Below, piece after piece: positions 1 through 15,400 of a stretch of 64,000 nucleotides of DNA; position 1 is the first letter of the stretch; each line of letters opens with the position of its first letter. The notes under the pieces were generated by a model that saw only the letters and a list, made by a program, of their open reading frames with translations, was not told the origin of the DNA and ran no database searches. The translations under genes were made by a program, and so were the position numbers. The DNA lies in NCBI GenBank assembly GCA_964035545.1, contig OZ037767.1, forward strand, positions 17,791,781-17,855,780, given 5' to 3'. This DNA comes from Bugula neritina. Its lineage: Eukaryota > Animalia > Bryozoa.

Positions 1-327
1 CATATTATAGACAGTATTGTATATGCTATAGAATACTATTATAGACATATTATAGACCATATTGTATATACTATAGAATACTATTATAGACATATTATAG
101 ACAGTATTGTATATGCTATAGAATACTATTATAGACATATTACAGACAATATTGTATATACTATAGAATACTATTATAGACATATTATAGACCATATTGC
201 ATATCCTATAGAATATTATTATATAGACATATTATAGACAGTATTGTACATACTATAGAATACTATTATAGACATATTATAGACCATATTGCATATACTA
301 TAGAATACTATTATAGACATATTATAG
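1..327. repeat. intronic minisatellite, about 45-bp unit
   Basis: attatagacagtattgtatatgctatagaatactattatagacat-type units. Confidence 0.9.
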
Positions 328-338
328 AGAGTGAGTAC

Positions 339-542
339 CTCATAAACATATGGCTGATAAGTAGAAACTCTGTTAGCTTGACTAGCTGTAATGACTGCCT
401 TGTTGTAAACCTGTATGGAAGTGACTTGTTGCTCATAGGTTAGTCTAGTTTGACAGGTTGGAGTGGAGGAGTTGTGACTCCACAGGGCCAGGTGTCCGTC
501 CATGGAACACGTGATGAACTGACTGTGATTGTAGGCCGTCAT
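339..542 (-). CDS. WDR81: WDR81 exon (WD40 region)
   Basis: TTTAG|ATG..GAG|GTACTC; [13 protein letters not shown]. Confidence 0.85.
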
Positions 543-3500
543 CTAAAGGTAGAGAGAGAGATGAGTATTATATGTAGAGAGATGAGTATTATATGTAGAG
601 AGATGAGTAATATATGTAGAGAGATGAGTAATATATGTAGAGAGATGAGTATTATATGTAGAGAGATGAGTATTATATGTAGAGAGATGAGTATTATATG
701 TAGAGAGATGAGTATTATATGTAGAGAGATGAGTATTATATGTAGAGAGATGAGTATTATATGTAGAGAGATGAGTATTATATGTAGAGAGATGAGTATT
801 ATATGTAGAGAGATGAGTATTATATGTAGAGAGATGAGTATTATATGTAGAGAGATGAGTATTATATGTAGAGAGATGAGTATTATATGTAGAGAGATGA
901 GTATTATATGTAGAGAGATGAGTATTATATGTAGAGAGATGAGTAATATATGTAGAGAGATGAGTATTATAAGTAGAGAGATGAGTATTATATGTAGAGA
1001 GATGAGTATTATATGTAGAGAGATGAGTAATATATGTAGAGAGATGAGTATTATATGTAGAGAGATGAGTATTATATGTAGAGAGATGAGTATTATATGT
1101 AGAGAGATGAGTAATATATGTAGAGAGATGAGTATTATAAGTAGAGAGATGAGTATTATATGTAGAGAGATGAGTATTATATGTAGAGAGATGAGTATTA
1201 TATGTAGAGAGATGAGTATTATATGTAGAGAGAAAGCTATGACACAACAGCACCTGTGTTAAGTCACTTTCCATGCCTCTACACATCCAAGATGCTAGTA
1301 TGAAACCAGTCCTAAAGTCTAATACACATATGGAGCCTGTGGTATGCGCCGCTGCTATCCATGTAGACCCTAAGGCTATTCCAGCTATGGAGCCAGAACT
1401 AGGAGGTGGAACTCGAAATTCATGAGCAAACCGGTCTTGTCGAATGTCTATGAACCTGTAAATAGAACATGTCTCTCTGTATATCACTATATTACGTACT
1501 ATACATATTACTATATTACTATATTACTACATGTATATTACTACAGATATATTACTACAGATATATTACTACAGATATATTACTACAGATATATTACTAC
1601 AGATATATTACTACAGATATATTACTACAGATATATTACTACATATATATTACTACAGATATATTACTACAGATATATTACTATATTACTACATGTATAT
1701 TACTATATTACTACAGATATATTACTACATATATATTACTATATTACTACAGATATATCACCTGAGGGCAGAGTCAGGGGTAGCGGCAGCAATCAGATGA
1801 TCAGAAAGGAAACTCTGCACAGTTTGAACAGCTGAGAATCCAACAGCTGGTTTATTAGACTCGTACTGAGATAACAGAGCACCAGTCATGGTGTCCCACA
1901 CCTGTAGAATAACACGTGTAGAGTAACACATGTAGAATAGCACGAGTAGAATAACACCTGTAGAATAACACGTGTAGAATAATACCTTTAGAATAACACC
2001 TGTAGAATAACACCTGTAAAATAATACCTTTAGAATAACACCTGTAGAATAACACCTGCAGAATAACACCTGTAGAATAACACGTGTAGAATAACACGTG
2101 TAGAATAACACCTGTAGAATAGCACCTGTAGAATAACACCTGTAGAATAACACCTGTAGAATAGCACGTGTAGAATAACACCTGTAGAATAACACGTGTA
2201 GAATAACACCTGTAGAATAACACCTGTAGAATAACACGTGTAGAATAGCACCTGTAGAACAACACGTGTAGAATAGCACCTGTAGAATAACACGTGTAGA
2301 ATAACACGTGTAGAATAACACGTGTAGAATAACACCTGTAGAATAACACCTGTAGAATAACACGAGTAGAATAGCACGTGTAGACTAGCACCTGTAGACT
2401 AGCACCTGTAGAATAACACCAGTAGAATAACACTGTTAACAGCAGACTGAAACTCACATGAATAGAACCGTCACAGGAGACCATCTGCTTGACGGAGTCC
2501 AGGAAAGTAGCGAAGAAAACAGATTTCTTGTGCTCCGAGTAAGTGAACTGCGGGGTGCACCTGTGAAACAGGAATGAGAGTAAATATTTGCTAAGCTGTG
2601 CTCAGTTTGCCACGAACAAGATATGAAAGCTGTGAAACATCTGACAGAAGGAATGGGCTTACCGAGCAGATCCACTTCCTGTGTTCCTTAAAGACCAGAG
2701 TCTCACCGTCCTATCTTTACCTCCAGACACAAGAGAGTTCTCATTATCTAGTACAGATAGACTCCTTACTAGGCCAACGTGTCCTGTATATAATACATTA
2801 CATTATAATACACATACTATAGAGTAGATACTATACCTGTATATAATACACTACATTATAATACACATACTGTAGAGTAGATGCTATACCTGTATATAAT
2901 ACACTACATTATAATACACATACTATAGTAGATGCTATACCTGTATATAATACACTACATTATAATACACATACTGTAGAGTAGATGCTATACCTGTATA
3001 TAATACACTACATTATAATACACATACTATAGAGTAGATGTTATACCTGTATATAATACACTACATTATAATACACATACTATAGAGTAGATGCTATACC
3101 TGTATATAATACACTACATTATAATACACATACTAGAGTAGATGCTATACATGTATAGATATGTACATAGTATGTAATGCCACTTCACTGACCAGTGAAA
3201 GTTTGAAGGCCAATCTGTTTGAAGTCAAATAGCACTGCCTTGTCCCGACTGTGACCTAATTCGTGCTCCCAATACGCTATCCAATCACCTTTCAAGTGTC
3301 GGGTAGTGAGAAGTTCCATATCAGGTCTAACAACACAACACAGTCAGTCTGTACTCTGTACTCTATATGGTAGAGTTATACTATAGTCTATATGGTAGAG
3401 TTATACTATACTCTATATGGTAGAGTTATACTATACTCTATATGGTAGAGTTATACTATACTCTATATGGTAGAGTTATACTATACTCTATATGGTAGAG

Positions 3501-6500
3501 TTATACTATACTCTATATGGTAGAGTTATACTGTACTCTATATGGTAGAGTTATACTGTACTCTATATGGTAGAGTTATACTGTACTCTATATGGTAGAG
3601 TTATACTATAATATATATGGTAGAGTTATACTATACTCTATATGGTAGAGTTATACTGTAGTCTATATGGTAGAGTTATACTATAATATATATGGTAGAG
3701 TTATACTATACTCTATATGGTAGAGTTATACTGTACTCTATATGGTAGAGTTATACTGTACTCTATATGGTAGAGTTATACTATACTCTATATGGTAGAG
3801 TTATACTATACTCTATATGGTAGAGTTATACTGTACTCTATATGGTAGAGTTATACTATACTCTATATGGTAGAGTTATACTGTACTCTATATGGTAGAG
3901 TTATACTGTACTCTATATGGTAGAGTTATACTGTACTCTATATGGTAGAGTTATACTGTACTCTATACGGTAGAGTTATACTATACTCTATACGGTAGAG
4001 TTATACTATACTCTATACGGTAGAGTTATACTATACTCTATACGGTAGAGTTATACTATACTCTATACGGTAGAGTTATACTATACTCTATACGGTAGAG
4101 TTATACTGTACTCTATACGGTAGAGTTATACTGTACTCTATATGGTAGAGTTATACTGTACTCTATATGGTAGAGTTATACTGTACTCTATATGGTAGAG
4201 TTATACTGTACTCTATATGGTAGAGTTATACTATACTCTATATGGTAGAGTTATACTATACTCTATATGGTAGAGTTATACTATACTCTATATGGTAGAG
4301 TTATACTATACTCTATATGGTAGAGTTATACTATACTCTATACGGTAGAGTTATACTATACTCTATACGGTAGAGTTATACTATACTCTATATGGTAGAG
4401 TTATACTATACTCTATATGGTAGAGTTATACTATACTCTATATGGTAGAGTTATACTATAGTCTATATGGTAGAGTTATACTATACTCTATATGGTAGAG
4501 TTATACTATACTCTATATGGTAGAGTTATACTATAATATATATGGTAGAGTTATACTATAATATATATGGTAGAGTTATACTATACTCTATATGGTAGTT
4601 ATACTATACTCTATATGGTAGAGTTATACTATACTCTATATGGTAGAGTTATACTATACTCTATATGGTAGAGTTATACTATACTCTATACGGTAGAGTT
4701 ATACTATAATATATATGGTAGAGTTATACTATACTCTATACGGTAGAGTTATACTGTACTCTATACGGTAGAGTTATACTATACTCTATATGGTAGAGTT
4801 ATACTGTACTCTATATGATAGAGTTATACTATACTCTATATGGTAGAGTTATACTGTACTCTATACGGTAGAGTTATACTATACTCTATACGGTAGAGTT
4901 ATACTATACTCTATACGGTAGAGTTATACTATAATATATATGGTAGAGTTATACTATAGTCTATACGGTAGAGTTATACTATAATATATATGGTAGAGTT
5001 ATACTATACTCTATACGGTAGAGTTATACTATACTCTATACGGTAGAGTTATACTATAATATATATGGTAGAGTTATACTATACTCTATACGGTAGAGTT
5101 ATACTATACTCTATATGGTAGAGTTATACTATACTCTATATGGTAGTTATACTATACTCTATATGGTAGAGTTATACTGTACTCTATATGGTAGAGTTAT
5201 ACTGTACTCTATATGGTAGAGTTATACTATACTCTATATGGTAGAGTTATACTATACTCTATATGGTAGAGTTATACTATACTCTATATGGTAGTTATAC
5301 TATACTCTATATGGTAGAGTTATACTGTACTCTATATGGTAGAGTTATACTATACTCTATATGGTAGAGTTATACTATACTCTATACGGTAGAGTTATAC
5401 TATACTCTATACGGTAGAGTTATACTATACTCTATACGGTAGAGTTATACTATACTCTATATGGTAGAGTTATACTATAATATATATGGTAGAGTTATAC
5501 TATACTCTATACGGTTGAGTTATACTATACTCTATATGGTAGAGTTATACTATAATATATATGGTAGAGTTATACTATACTCTATATGGTAGTTATACTA
5601 TAATATATATGGTAGAGTTATACTATACTCTATATGGTAGAGTTATACTATAGTCTATATGGTAGAGTTATACTATACTCTATATGGTAGAGTTATACTA
5701 TACTCTATACGGTAGAGTTATACTATACTCTATATGGTAGAGTTATACTATACTCTATACGGTAGAGTTATACTATACTCTATACGGTAGAGTTATACTG
5801 TACTCTATATGGTAGAGTTATACTATACTCTATATGGTAGAGTTATACTATACTCTATATGGTAGAGTTATACTGTAGTCTATATGGTAGAGTTATACTA
5901 TACTCTATATGGTAGAGTTATACTATACTCTATATGGTAGAGTTATACTATACTCTATATGGTAGAGTTATACTATACTCTATATGGTAGAGTTATACTA
6001 TACTCTATATGGTAGAGATATACTATAATATATATGGTAGAGTTATACTATACTCTATACGGTAGAGTTATACTATACTCTATACGGTAGAGTTATACTA
6101 TACTCTATACGGTAGAGTTATACTATAATATATATGGTAGAGTTATACTGTACTCTATATGGTAGAGTTATACTATACTCTATATGGTAGAGTTATACTA
6201 TACTCTATATGGTAGAGTTATACTATACTCTATATGGTAGAGTTATACTGTACTCTATATGGTAGAGTTATACTATACTCTATATGGTAGAGTTATACTA
6301 TACTATATATGGTAGAGTTATACTATACTCTATATGGTAGAGTTATACTATACTCTATACGGTAGAGTTATACTATACTCTATATGGTAGAGTTATACTA
6401 TACTCTATATGGTAGAGTTATACTATACTCTATACGGTAGAGTTATACTATACTCTATATGGTAGAGTTATACTGTAATATATATGGTAGAGTTATACTA

Positions 6501-9141
6501 TACTCTATATGGTAGAGTTATACTATAATATATATGGTAGAGTTATACTATACTCTATATGGTAGAGTTATACTATACTCTATATGGTAGAGTTATACTA
6601 TACTCTATATGGTAGAGTTATACTATACTCTATATGGTAGAGTTATACTATACTCTATATGGTAGAGTTATACTATACTCTATATGGTAGAGTTATACTA
6701 TACTCTATATGGTAGAGTTATACTATACTCTATATGGTAGAGTTATACTGTAATATATATGGTAGAGTTATACTATACTCTATATGGTAGAGTTATACTA
6801 TACTCTATACGGTAGAGTTATACTGTACTCTATATGGTAGAGTTATACTGTACTCTATATGGTAGAGTTATACTATACTCTATATGGTAGAGTTATACTA
6901 TAGTCTATACGGTAGAGTTATACTATAGTCTATATGATAGAGTTATACTGTACTCTATACGGTAGAGTTATACTGTACTCTATACGGTAGAGTTATACTG
7001 TACTCTATATGGTAGAGTTATACTATACTCTATATGGTAGAGTTATACTATAGTCTATATGGTAGAGTTATACTATACTCTATATGGTAGTTATACTGTA
7101 CTCTGTATGGTAGAGTTATACTGTACTCTATATGGTAGAGTTATACTGTACTCTATACGGTAGAGTTATACTATACTCTATATGGTAGAGTTATACTATA
7201 CTCTATACGGTAGAGTTATACTATACTCTATATGGTAGAGTTATACTATACTCTATATGGTAGAGTTATACTATACTCTATACGGTAGAGTTATACTATA
7301 CTCTATATGGTAGAGTTATACTATACTCTATATGGTAGAGTTATACTATACTCTATATGGTAGAGTTATACTATAATATATATGGTAGAGTTATACTATA
7401 CTCTATATGGTAGAGTTATACTATAATATATATGGTAGAGTTATACTATACTCTATATGGTAGAGTTATACTATACTCTATATGGTAGAGTTATACTATA
7501 CTCTATATGGTAGAGTTATACTATACTCTATATGGTAGAGTTATACTATACTCTATATGGTAGAGTTATACTGTACTCTATATGGTAGAGTTATACTATA
7601 CTCTATATGGTAGAGTTATACTATAGTCTATACGGTAGAGTTATACTATAGTCTATATGATAGAGTTATACTGTACTCTATATGGTAGAGTTATACTGTA
7701 CTCTATACGGTAGAGTTATACTGTACTCTATATGGTAGAGTTATACTATACTCTATATGGTAGAGTTATACTATAGTCTATACGGTAGAGTTATACTATA
7801 CTCTATATGGTAGAGTTATACTATAATATATATGGTAGAGTTATACTATACTCTATATGGTAGAGTTATACTATACTCTATATGGTAGAGTTATACTATA
7901 CTCTATATGGTAGAGTTATACTATACTCTATATGGTAGAGTTATACTATACTCTATACGGTAGAGTTATACTATACTCTATACGGTAGAGTTATACTATA
8001 ATATATATGGTAGAGTTATACTGTACTCTATATGGTAGAGTTATACTATACTCTATATGGTAGAGTTATACTATACTCTATATGGTAGAGTTATACTATA
8101 CTCTATATGGTAGAGTTATACTGTACTCTATATGGTAGAGTTATACTATACTCTATATGGTAGAGTTATACTATACTATATATGGTAGAGTTATACTATA
8201 CTCTATATGGTAGAGTTATACTATACTCTATACGGTAGAGTTATACTATACTCTATATGGTAGAGTTATACTATACTCTATATGGTAGAGTTATACTATA
8301 CTCTATACGGTAGAGTTATACTATACTCTATATGGTAGAGTTATACTGTAATATATATGGTAGAGTTATACTATACTCTATATGGTAGAGTTATACTATA
8401 CTCTATATGGTAGAGTTATACTATACTCTATATGGTAGAGTTATACTGTACTCTATATGGTAGAGTTATACTGTAGTCTATATGGTAGAGTTATACTATA
8501 CTCTATACGGTAGAGTTATACTGTACTCTATATGGTAGAGTTATACTATAGTATATAGCTGACCAATACTGGACTTCATCATGTGACCAATACTAAATGT
8601 AGTCATGTGACCAATACTAAATGTAGTCATGTGATCAATACAGAGGCTAGTCACGGATCAAGTAAAACGACCTTTTAAGTTTCTCGGATGATATTGCTGG
8701 GTATGTTGAGTCTGTGTCAATAGATATGGGGGGTGTGGTCTTCTGCTCATTGGCTGAGTGATTGTAGGTCAACTTGTTACCACTGACAATCTCAAACGGA
8801 CTAGAAGCTAACTTAGGGGGAGGAGTTTGCAAAGGAACTGAAAAGCAAATACGAGACATGACTAATAGAAATGTGGGAAATAGAATTGATCTGTGAGAGA
8901 AATAGTGCAGTCACTTAGTATGATAATGTTACAAATATGACAGACCTGGGATAAACCAGTTAGTGGATTTAACTGTGTTTCCTGCCGAAATATCACTCTG
9001 TGAATAATCCAGTTGGGGAACACAGGCTTCTGTCTGTTTGAGTCTGAAGGAACATAAAAATACAATCACTAAGATTACTACTACTACTGCTACTACTACC
9101 ACTACTACTACTACTGCTACTACTACCACTACTACTACTAG

Positions 9142-9199
<58 letters not shown>

Positions 9200-9353
9200 G
9201 CTACTATTACCACTACCGCTACCGCTACTGCTACTGCTACTACTACTACTACTACTACCACTACTACTACTACTACTACTCCTACTACTACTACTAATAC
9301 TACTAGTACTACTACTACTACTACTACTACCACTACCACTACTACTACTACTG

Positions 9354-9404
<51 letters not shown>

Positions 9405-9420
9405 ATACTACTACTACTAG

Positions 9421-9467
<47 letters not shown>

Positions 9468-12400
9468 TTACTACTACTACTACTAATACTACTACTACTA
9501 GTACTACTACTACTACTACTACTATTAGTATTACCCTCTAAGTCTATGCAGACACTCTTCCTCATACTGAGCACAAAGTCGTCTGATGAGGTCATCATTT
9601 GTCAACTCTTTGATGTAAATTCCCCCAACCAAACGACAGCATTGGATATAAGCCTTGTGTGCCAACTCAATGGTAAAGACTTGCTCTAACTCCTTGAGAA
9701 CATCTGGTGACACTGTGGACTTGTGTATCTCTACTATAATCATAGTATACTTGTATATATATACTATAATCATATTATACTTGTATATATCAACTATAAT
9801 CATAGTATACTTGTATATATCTCTACTATAATCATAGTATACTTGTATATATCTACTATAATCATATTATACTCACACTTACTCTGGGTTGGTGATGCAA
9901 CACTGAGTTGATTGCCAATATAGAACTCATTGACGTCGGTCACACTCTGCTTGACCTCCACAAAGTCACTGCTAGTTTCTCTAGAGCTCAGTCTCCCTGC
10001 CACTAAATACGAAAAACAGTCTGAATGTAGAATGATCCCAGACCCCAAGTGACTAGGCAATAGTAATTCTAGCAAAGTGTAATAAATAACCTACTGTACC
10101 TCTACTGCTTTGAGACCAACTCCCACTTTCACTGTGAACGATCTCAAAGGATCTGAAAAACGCTTGTAGAGGTCTGTTTAGAAATCTGCGAGTTTGATCA
10201 TAGCCAATTCGCTGACTAATCAAAATGATGAGGTCAAGGACTCTTAGAGCAAGCAGACGTCGAGAAAGGCTGCCTTCATTAGGAGATGTGGGAGAGGGAA
10301 AACACTGGCGGGGGTTTGATATGATGGCTATGAGAGGGAGAAGGATTTCAGTGTTGAGTGTCATCTAAGAACATATAGTAATATATGTAATAGTATATAG
10401 TAATATATGTAATAGTATATAGTATTATATGTAATAGTATATAGTATTATATATAATAGTATATATAGTAATATATGTAATAGTATATAGTAATATATGT
10501 AATAGTATATAGTAATATATGTAATAGTATATAGTAATATATGTAATAGTATATAGTAATATATGTAATAGTATATAGTAATATATGTAATAGTTTATAG
10601 TAATATATGTAATAGTATAATATAGTTTTATATGTAATAGTATATAGTAATATATGTAATAGTATACAGTGATATACAGGTAATATATACAATGCATATA
10701 AATGAGATGTAGGACACCTCAATGAGATCTAGAAGAGCTCCATCAGTCAGACAGGGGATGAGGTAGAGTAGCATCGTGCATACAGACAGCAGACTGGCAG
10801 CTGAACAAGGCAGCGGAGCAGCAGTATCACATGACTCGACCTGAGAACAAGATATTGTAGTAATATAACTCACTACTCTAATAACAGAAGGGATATACTG
10901 TAGTAATATAACTCACTACTCTAATAACAGAAGGGATATACTGTAGTAATATAACTCACTACTCTAATAACAGAAGGGATATACTGTAGTAATATAACTC
11001 ACTACTCTAATAACAGAAGCGATATACTGTAGTAATATAACTCACTACTCTAATAACAGAAGGGATATACTGTAGTAATATAACTCACTATTCTAATAAC
11101 AGAAGGGATATACTGTAGTAATATAACTCACTACTCTAATAACAGAAGGGATATACTGTAGTAATATAACTCACTACTCTAATAACAGAAGGGATATACT
11201 GTAGTAATATAACTCACTACTCTAATAACAGAAGGGATATACTGTAGTAATATAACTCACTACTCTAACAACAGAAGGGATATACTGTAGTAATATAACT
11301 CACTACTCTAATAACAGAAGGGATATACTGTAGTAATATAACTCACTACTCTAATAACAGAAGGGATATACTGTAGTAATATAACTCACTACTCTAATAA
11401 CAGAAGGGATATACTGTAGTAATATAACTCACTACTCTAATAACAGAAGGGATATACTGTAGTAATATAACTCACTACTCTAATAACAGAAGGGATATAC
11501 TGTAGTAATATAACTCACTACTCTAATAACAGAAGGGATATACTGTAGTAATATAACTCACTACTCTAATAACAGAAGGAAGATACTGTAGTAATATAAC
11601 TCACTACTCTAATAACAGAAGGGATATATTGTAGTAATATAACTCACTACTCTAATAACAGAAGGGATATACTGTAGTAATATAACTCACTACTCTAATA
11701 ACAGAAGGGATATACTGTAGTAATATAACTCACTACTCTAATAACAGAAGGGATATACTGTAGTAATATAACTCACTACTCTAATAACAGAAGGGATATA
11801 CTGTAGTAATATAACTCACTACTCTAATAACAGAAGGAAGATACTGTAGTAATATAACTCACTACTCTAATAACAGAAGGGATATATTGTAGTAATATAA
11901 CTCACTACTCTAATAACAGAAGGGATATATTGTAGTAATATAACTCACTACTCTAATAACAGAAGGGATATATTGTAGTAATATAACTCACTACTCTAAT
12001 AACAGAAGGGATATACTGTAGTAATATAACTCACTATTCTAATAACAGAAGGGATATACTGTAGTAATATAACTCACTACTCTAATAACAGAAGGGATAT
12101 ACTGTAGTAATATAACTCACTACTCTAATAACAGAAGGGATATACTGTAGTAATATAACTCACTACTCTAATAACAGAAGGGATATACTGTAGTAATATA
12201 ACTCACTACTCTAATAACAGAAGGGATATACTGTAGTAATATAACTCACTACTCTAATAACAGAAGGGATATACTGTAGTAATATAACTCACTACTCTAA
12301 TAACAGAAGGGATATACTGTAGTAATATAACTCACTACTCTAATAACAGAAGGGATATACTGTAGTAATATAACTCACTACTCTAATAACAGAAGGGATA

Positions 12401-15400
12401 TACTGTAGTAATATAACTCACTACTCTAATAACAGAAGGGATATACTGTAGTAATATAACTCACTACTCTAATAACAGAAGGGATATATTGTAGTAATAT
12501 AACTCACTACTCTAATAACAGAAGGGATATACTGTAGTAATATAACTCACTACTCTAATAACAGAAGGGATATACTGTAGTAATATAACTCACTACTCTA
12601 ATAACAGAAGGGATATACTGTAGTAATATAACTCACTACTCTAATAACAGAAGGGATATACTGTAGTAATATAACTCACTACTCTAATAACAGAAGGGAT
12701 ATACTGTAGTAATATAACTCACTACTCTAATAACAGAAGGGATATATTGTAGTAATATAACTCACTACTCTAATAACAGAAGGGATATACTGTAGTAATA
12801 TAACTCACTACTCTAATAATAGAAGGGATATACTGTAGTAATATAACTCACTACTCTAATAACAGAAGGGATATACTGTAGTAATATAACTCACTACTCT
12901 AATAACAGAAGGGATATATTGTAGTAATATAACTCACTACTCTAATAACAGAAGGGATATACTGTAGTAATATAACTCACTACTCTAATAACAGAAGGGA
13001 TATACTGTAGTAATATAACTCACTACTCTAATAACAGAAGGGATATACTGTAGTAATATAACTCACTACTCTAATAACAGAAGAGATATACTGTAGTAAT
13101 ATAACTCACTACTCTAATAACAGAAGGGATATACTGTAGTAATATAACTCACTACTCTAATAACAGAAGGGATATACTGTAGTAATATAACTCACTACTC
13201 TAATAACAGAAGCGATATACTGTAGTAATATAACTCACTACTCTAATAACAGAAGGGATATATTGTAGTAATATAACTCACTACTCTAATAACAGAAGGG
13301 ATATACTGTAGTAATATAACTCACTACTCTAATAACAGAAGGGATATACTGTAGTAATATAACTCACTACTCTAATAACAGAAGGGATATATTGTAGTAA
13401 GATGAACTGCTCTCCATACAGGAAGGAGATCTCCTGAAGGCAGGTCACAGCCGGGAGGAGAAGCAGGTCTCCCGTCACCACGAGAGACACCAACTCGTCT
13501 GTTGCACCCGTCTGCTCCTCACTCCACCCCTCTCCCTCGTAACACTCCTTCATAGACTGCAGGATCCTACTCGTGAGGTACTTAGCAGTGAGGAGGGGGC
13601 CAATACGGCCCGCCAACCACAGAATTGATTCTCGGAGAATTGTAGCTAAGTCAACTGCACTGATGGCGGGTGTATTTACCTGCAGCAGAGTTGATGTATT
13701 GCATAACGTCACATGACACAACATGACAGTACATGATATCACATGATATAATATCACATGACATGATATCACATGACATAATATCACATGACATGATATC
13801 CCATGATTAATATCACATGATATAATATCACATGACATAATGTCGCATGATATCCCATGACATGATATCACATGACATGATATACCATGACATGATATCA
13901 CATGATATAATATCACATGACATGATATCACATGACACGATATCACATGACATGATATCACATGACATGATATCACATGACATAACAATTAACACATACA
14001 GATGAACTACTGTATCCAGTGACTGTACCATCCTCTTCAGATGAAGGAAGAGAATAGAGAGACAAAACCAGAGCTGAGGAATAGTCTTCTAGAAAGTTCT
14101 GAAGACCAAACTGAGTGACAAGCTGCTGGATGAATGTCCTGTGATAGAGCTTGACTTTTCTGAAGCTACTAACATCATCTAAAATATATATATACTCTTT
14201 ATATTGTATATATATACAAAGTAGGCCTATATACACAGAGTATATACAGTACAGAGTATATACCGTACAGAGTATATACCGTACAGAGTATATATACCGT
14301 ACAGAGTATACACCGTACAGAGTATATATACTGTACATAGTATAAGGATACCTCTAGCATAGAGTGGCGTTATGTAGCGAGACAGATGGTGGTAGGTGAA
14401 GTCTTTACCAAGAATCTGGGATAATGGAGAGAAGAGAGACCAGAGTGACTGCACACAGTTATCTCCACTAGTCTGACTCAACAGTTGTATGATGAAGGGA
14501 AGGTATAAGTTTACACCTTCCTCACACAATCTGTGTCCATACTAAATCAAATAGTGTATAGTACATATAATACATATAATATAATATATATAATACATAT
14601 AATAGTATAATATATTCATATTCATATGCAGCATAACTTACGTTTGTGATGAAATGTGTGTGATGAGCGAGTCTAGCCTTCAGCTCTTGCTCCGCCTCTT
14701 CTGGGGGCGTGGCAGAGTGACAGAGAAGCTGTGTTGTGAAGACATGAGCAGACAGTAGGCGGAACAGTTCAGGGAAGTAAGGGGGCATAGACAGTACCTG
14801 GTGAAATAAGGGGGCATAGACAGTACCTGGTGAAATAAGGGGGCCTAGACAGTACAGTAAACTACTCAGACACTCTGCTAGACACACAGTTATATTCAGT
14901 ACGACTATTAAGACACTCTGCTAGACACACAGTTATATTCAGTACGACAATTAAGACACTCTGCTAGACACACAGTTATATTCAGTACGACTATTAAGAC
15001 ACTCTGCTAGACACACAGTTATATTCAGTACGACTATGCTTAGTAGTGATATACCGGTAGAGCGAGAAGCAAACTGGCTGTCACGGGTGGTAAATTGTGT
15101 GTATGAGGGAATCCAGATAGCCCGGGAGACAAATCTACTTTGATCTCTAGAACCGTTTCCAAAAGGGAGTACAAGGCGCTACAAATATATTCCAAGTCAA
15201 AAAGCAACAGCTGCAGTGTAAAAAAATATATATATTATTATAAATTAGAAGTAATAACTGATAGTTTGATAGGAATATACCTAGGCAAGGTGTACTTGTG
15301 TCCGATGACAATCTTTCTAACCATGTCCACAAAATCATCTAGAAGGAGGGACTGAGGAGCTGGCAGTGCTCTGGTGTGCAGAGGTAATACTATTTGAGCA

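Noticed and set aside
450-1262. 270-aa (CREMSII)n ORF and the antisense (HLSTYNT)n ORF
   Set aside because: Translations of a 21-bp intronic minisatellite; only 1254-1455 is real exon
8929-9598. Poly-Val, poly-Ser and poly-Thr ORFs
   Set aside because: (TAC)n microsatellite inside a GT-AG intron (9044-9534)
10856-13400. CRISPR-like regular repeats (also 16274-18336 and 50558-60096)
   Set aside because: No unique spacers, no cas genes, and a eukaryotic intron-containing context
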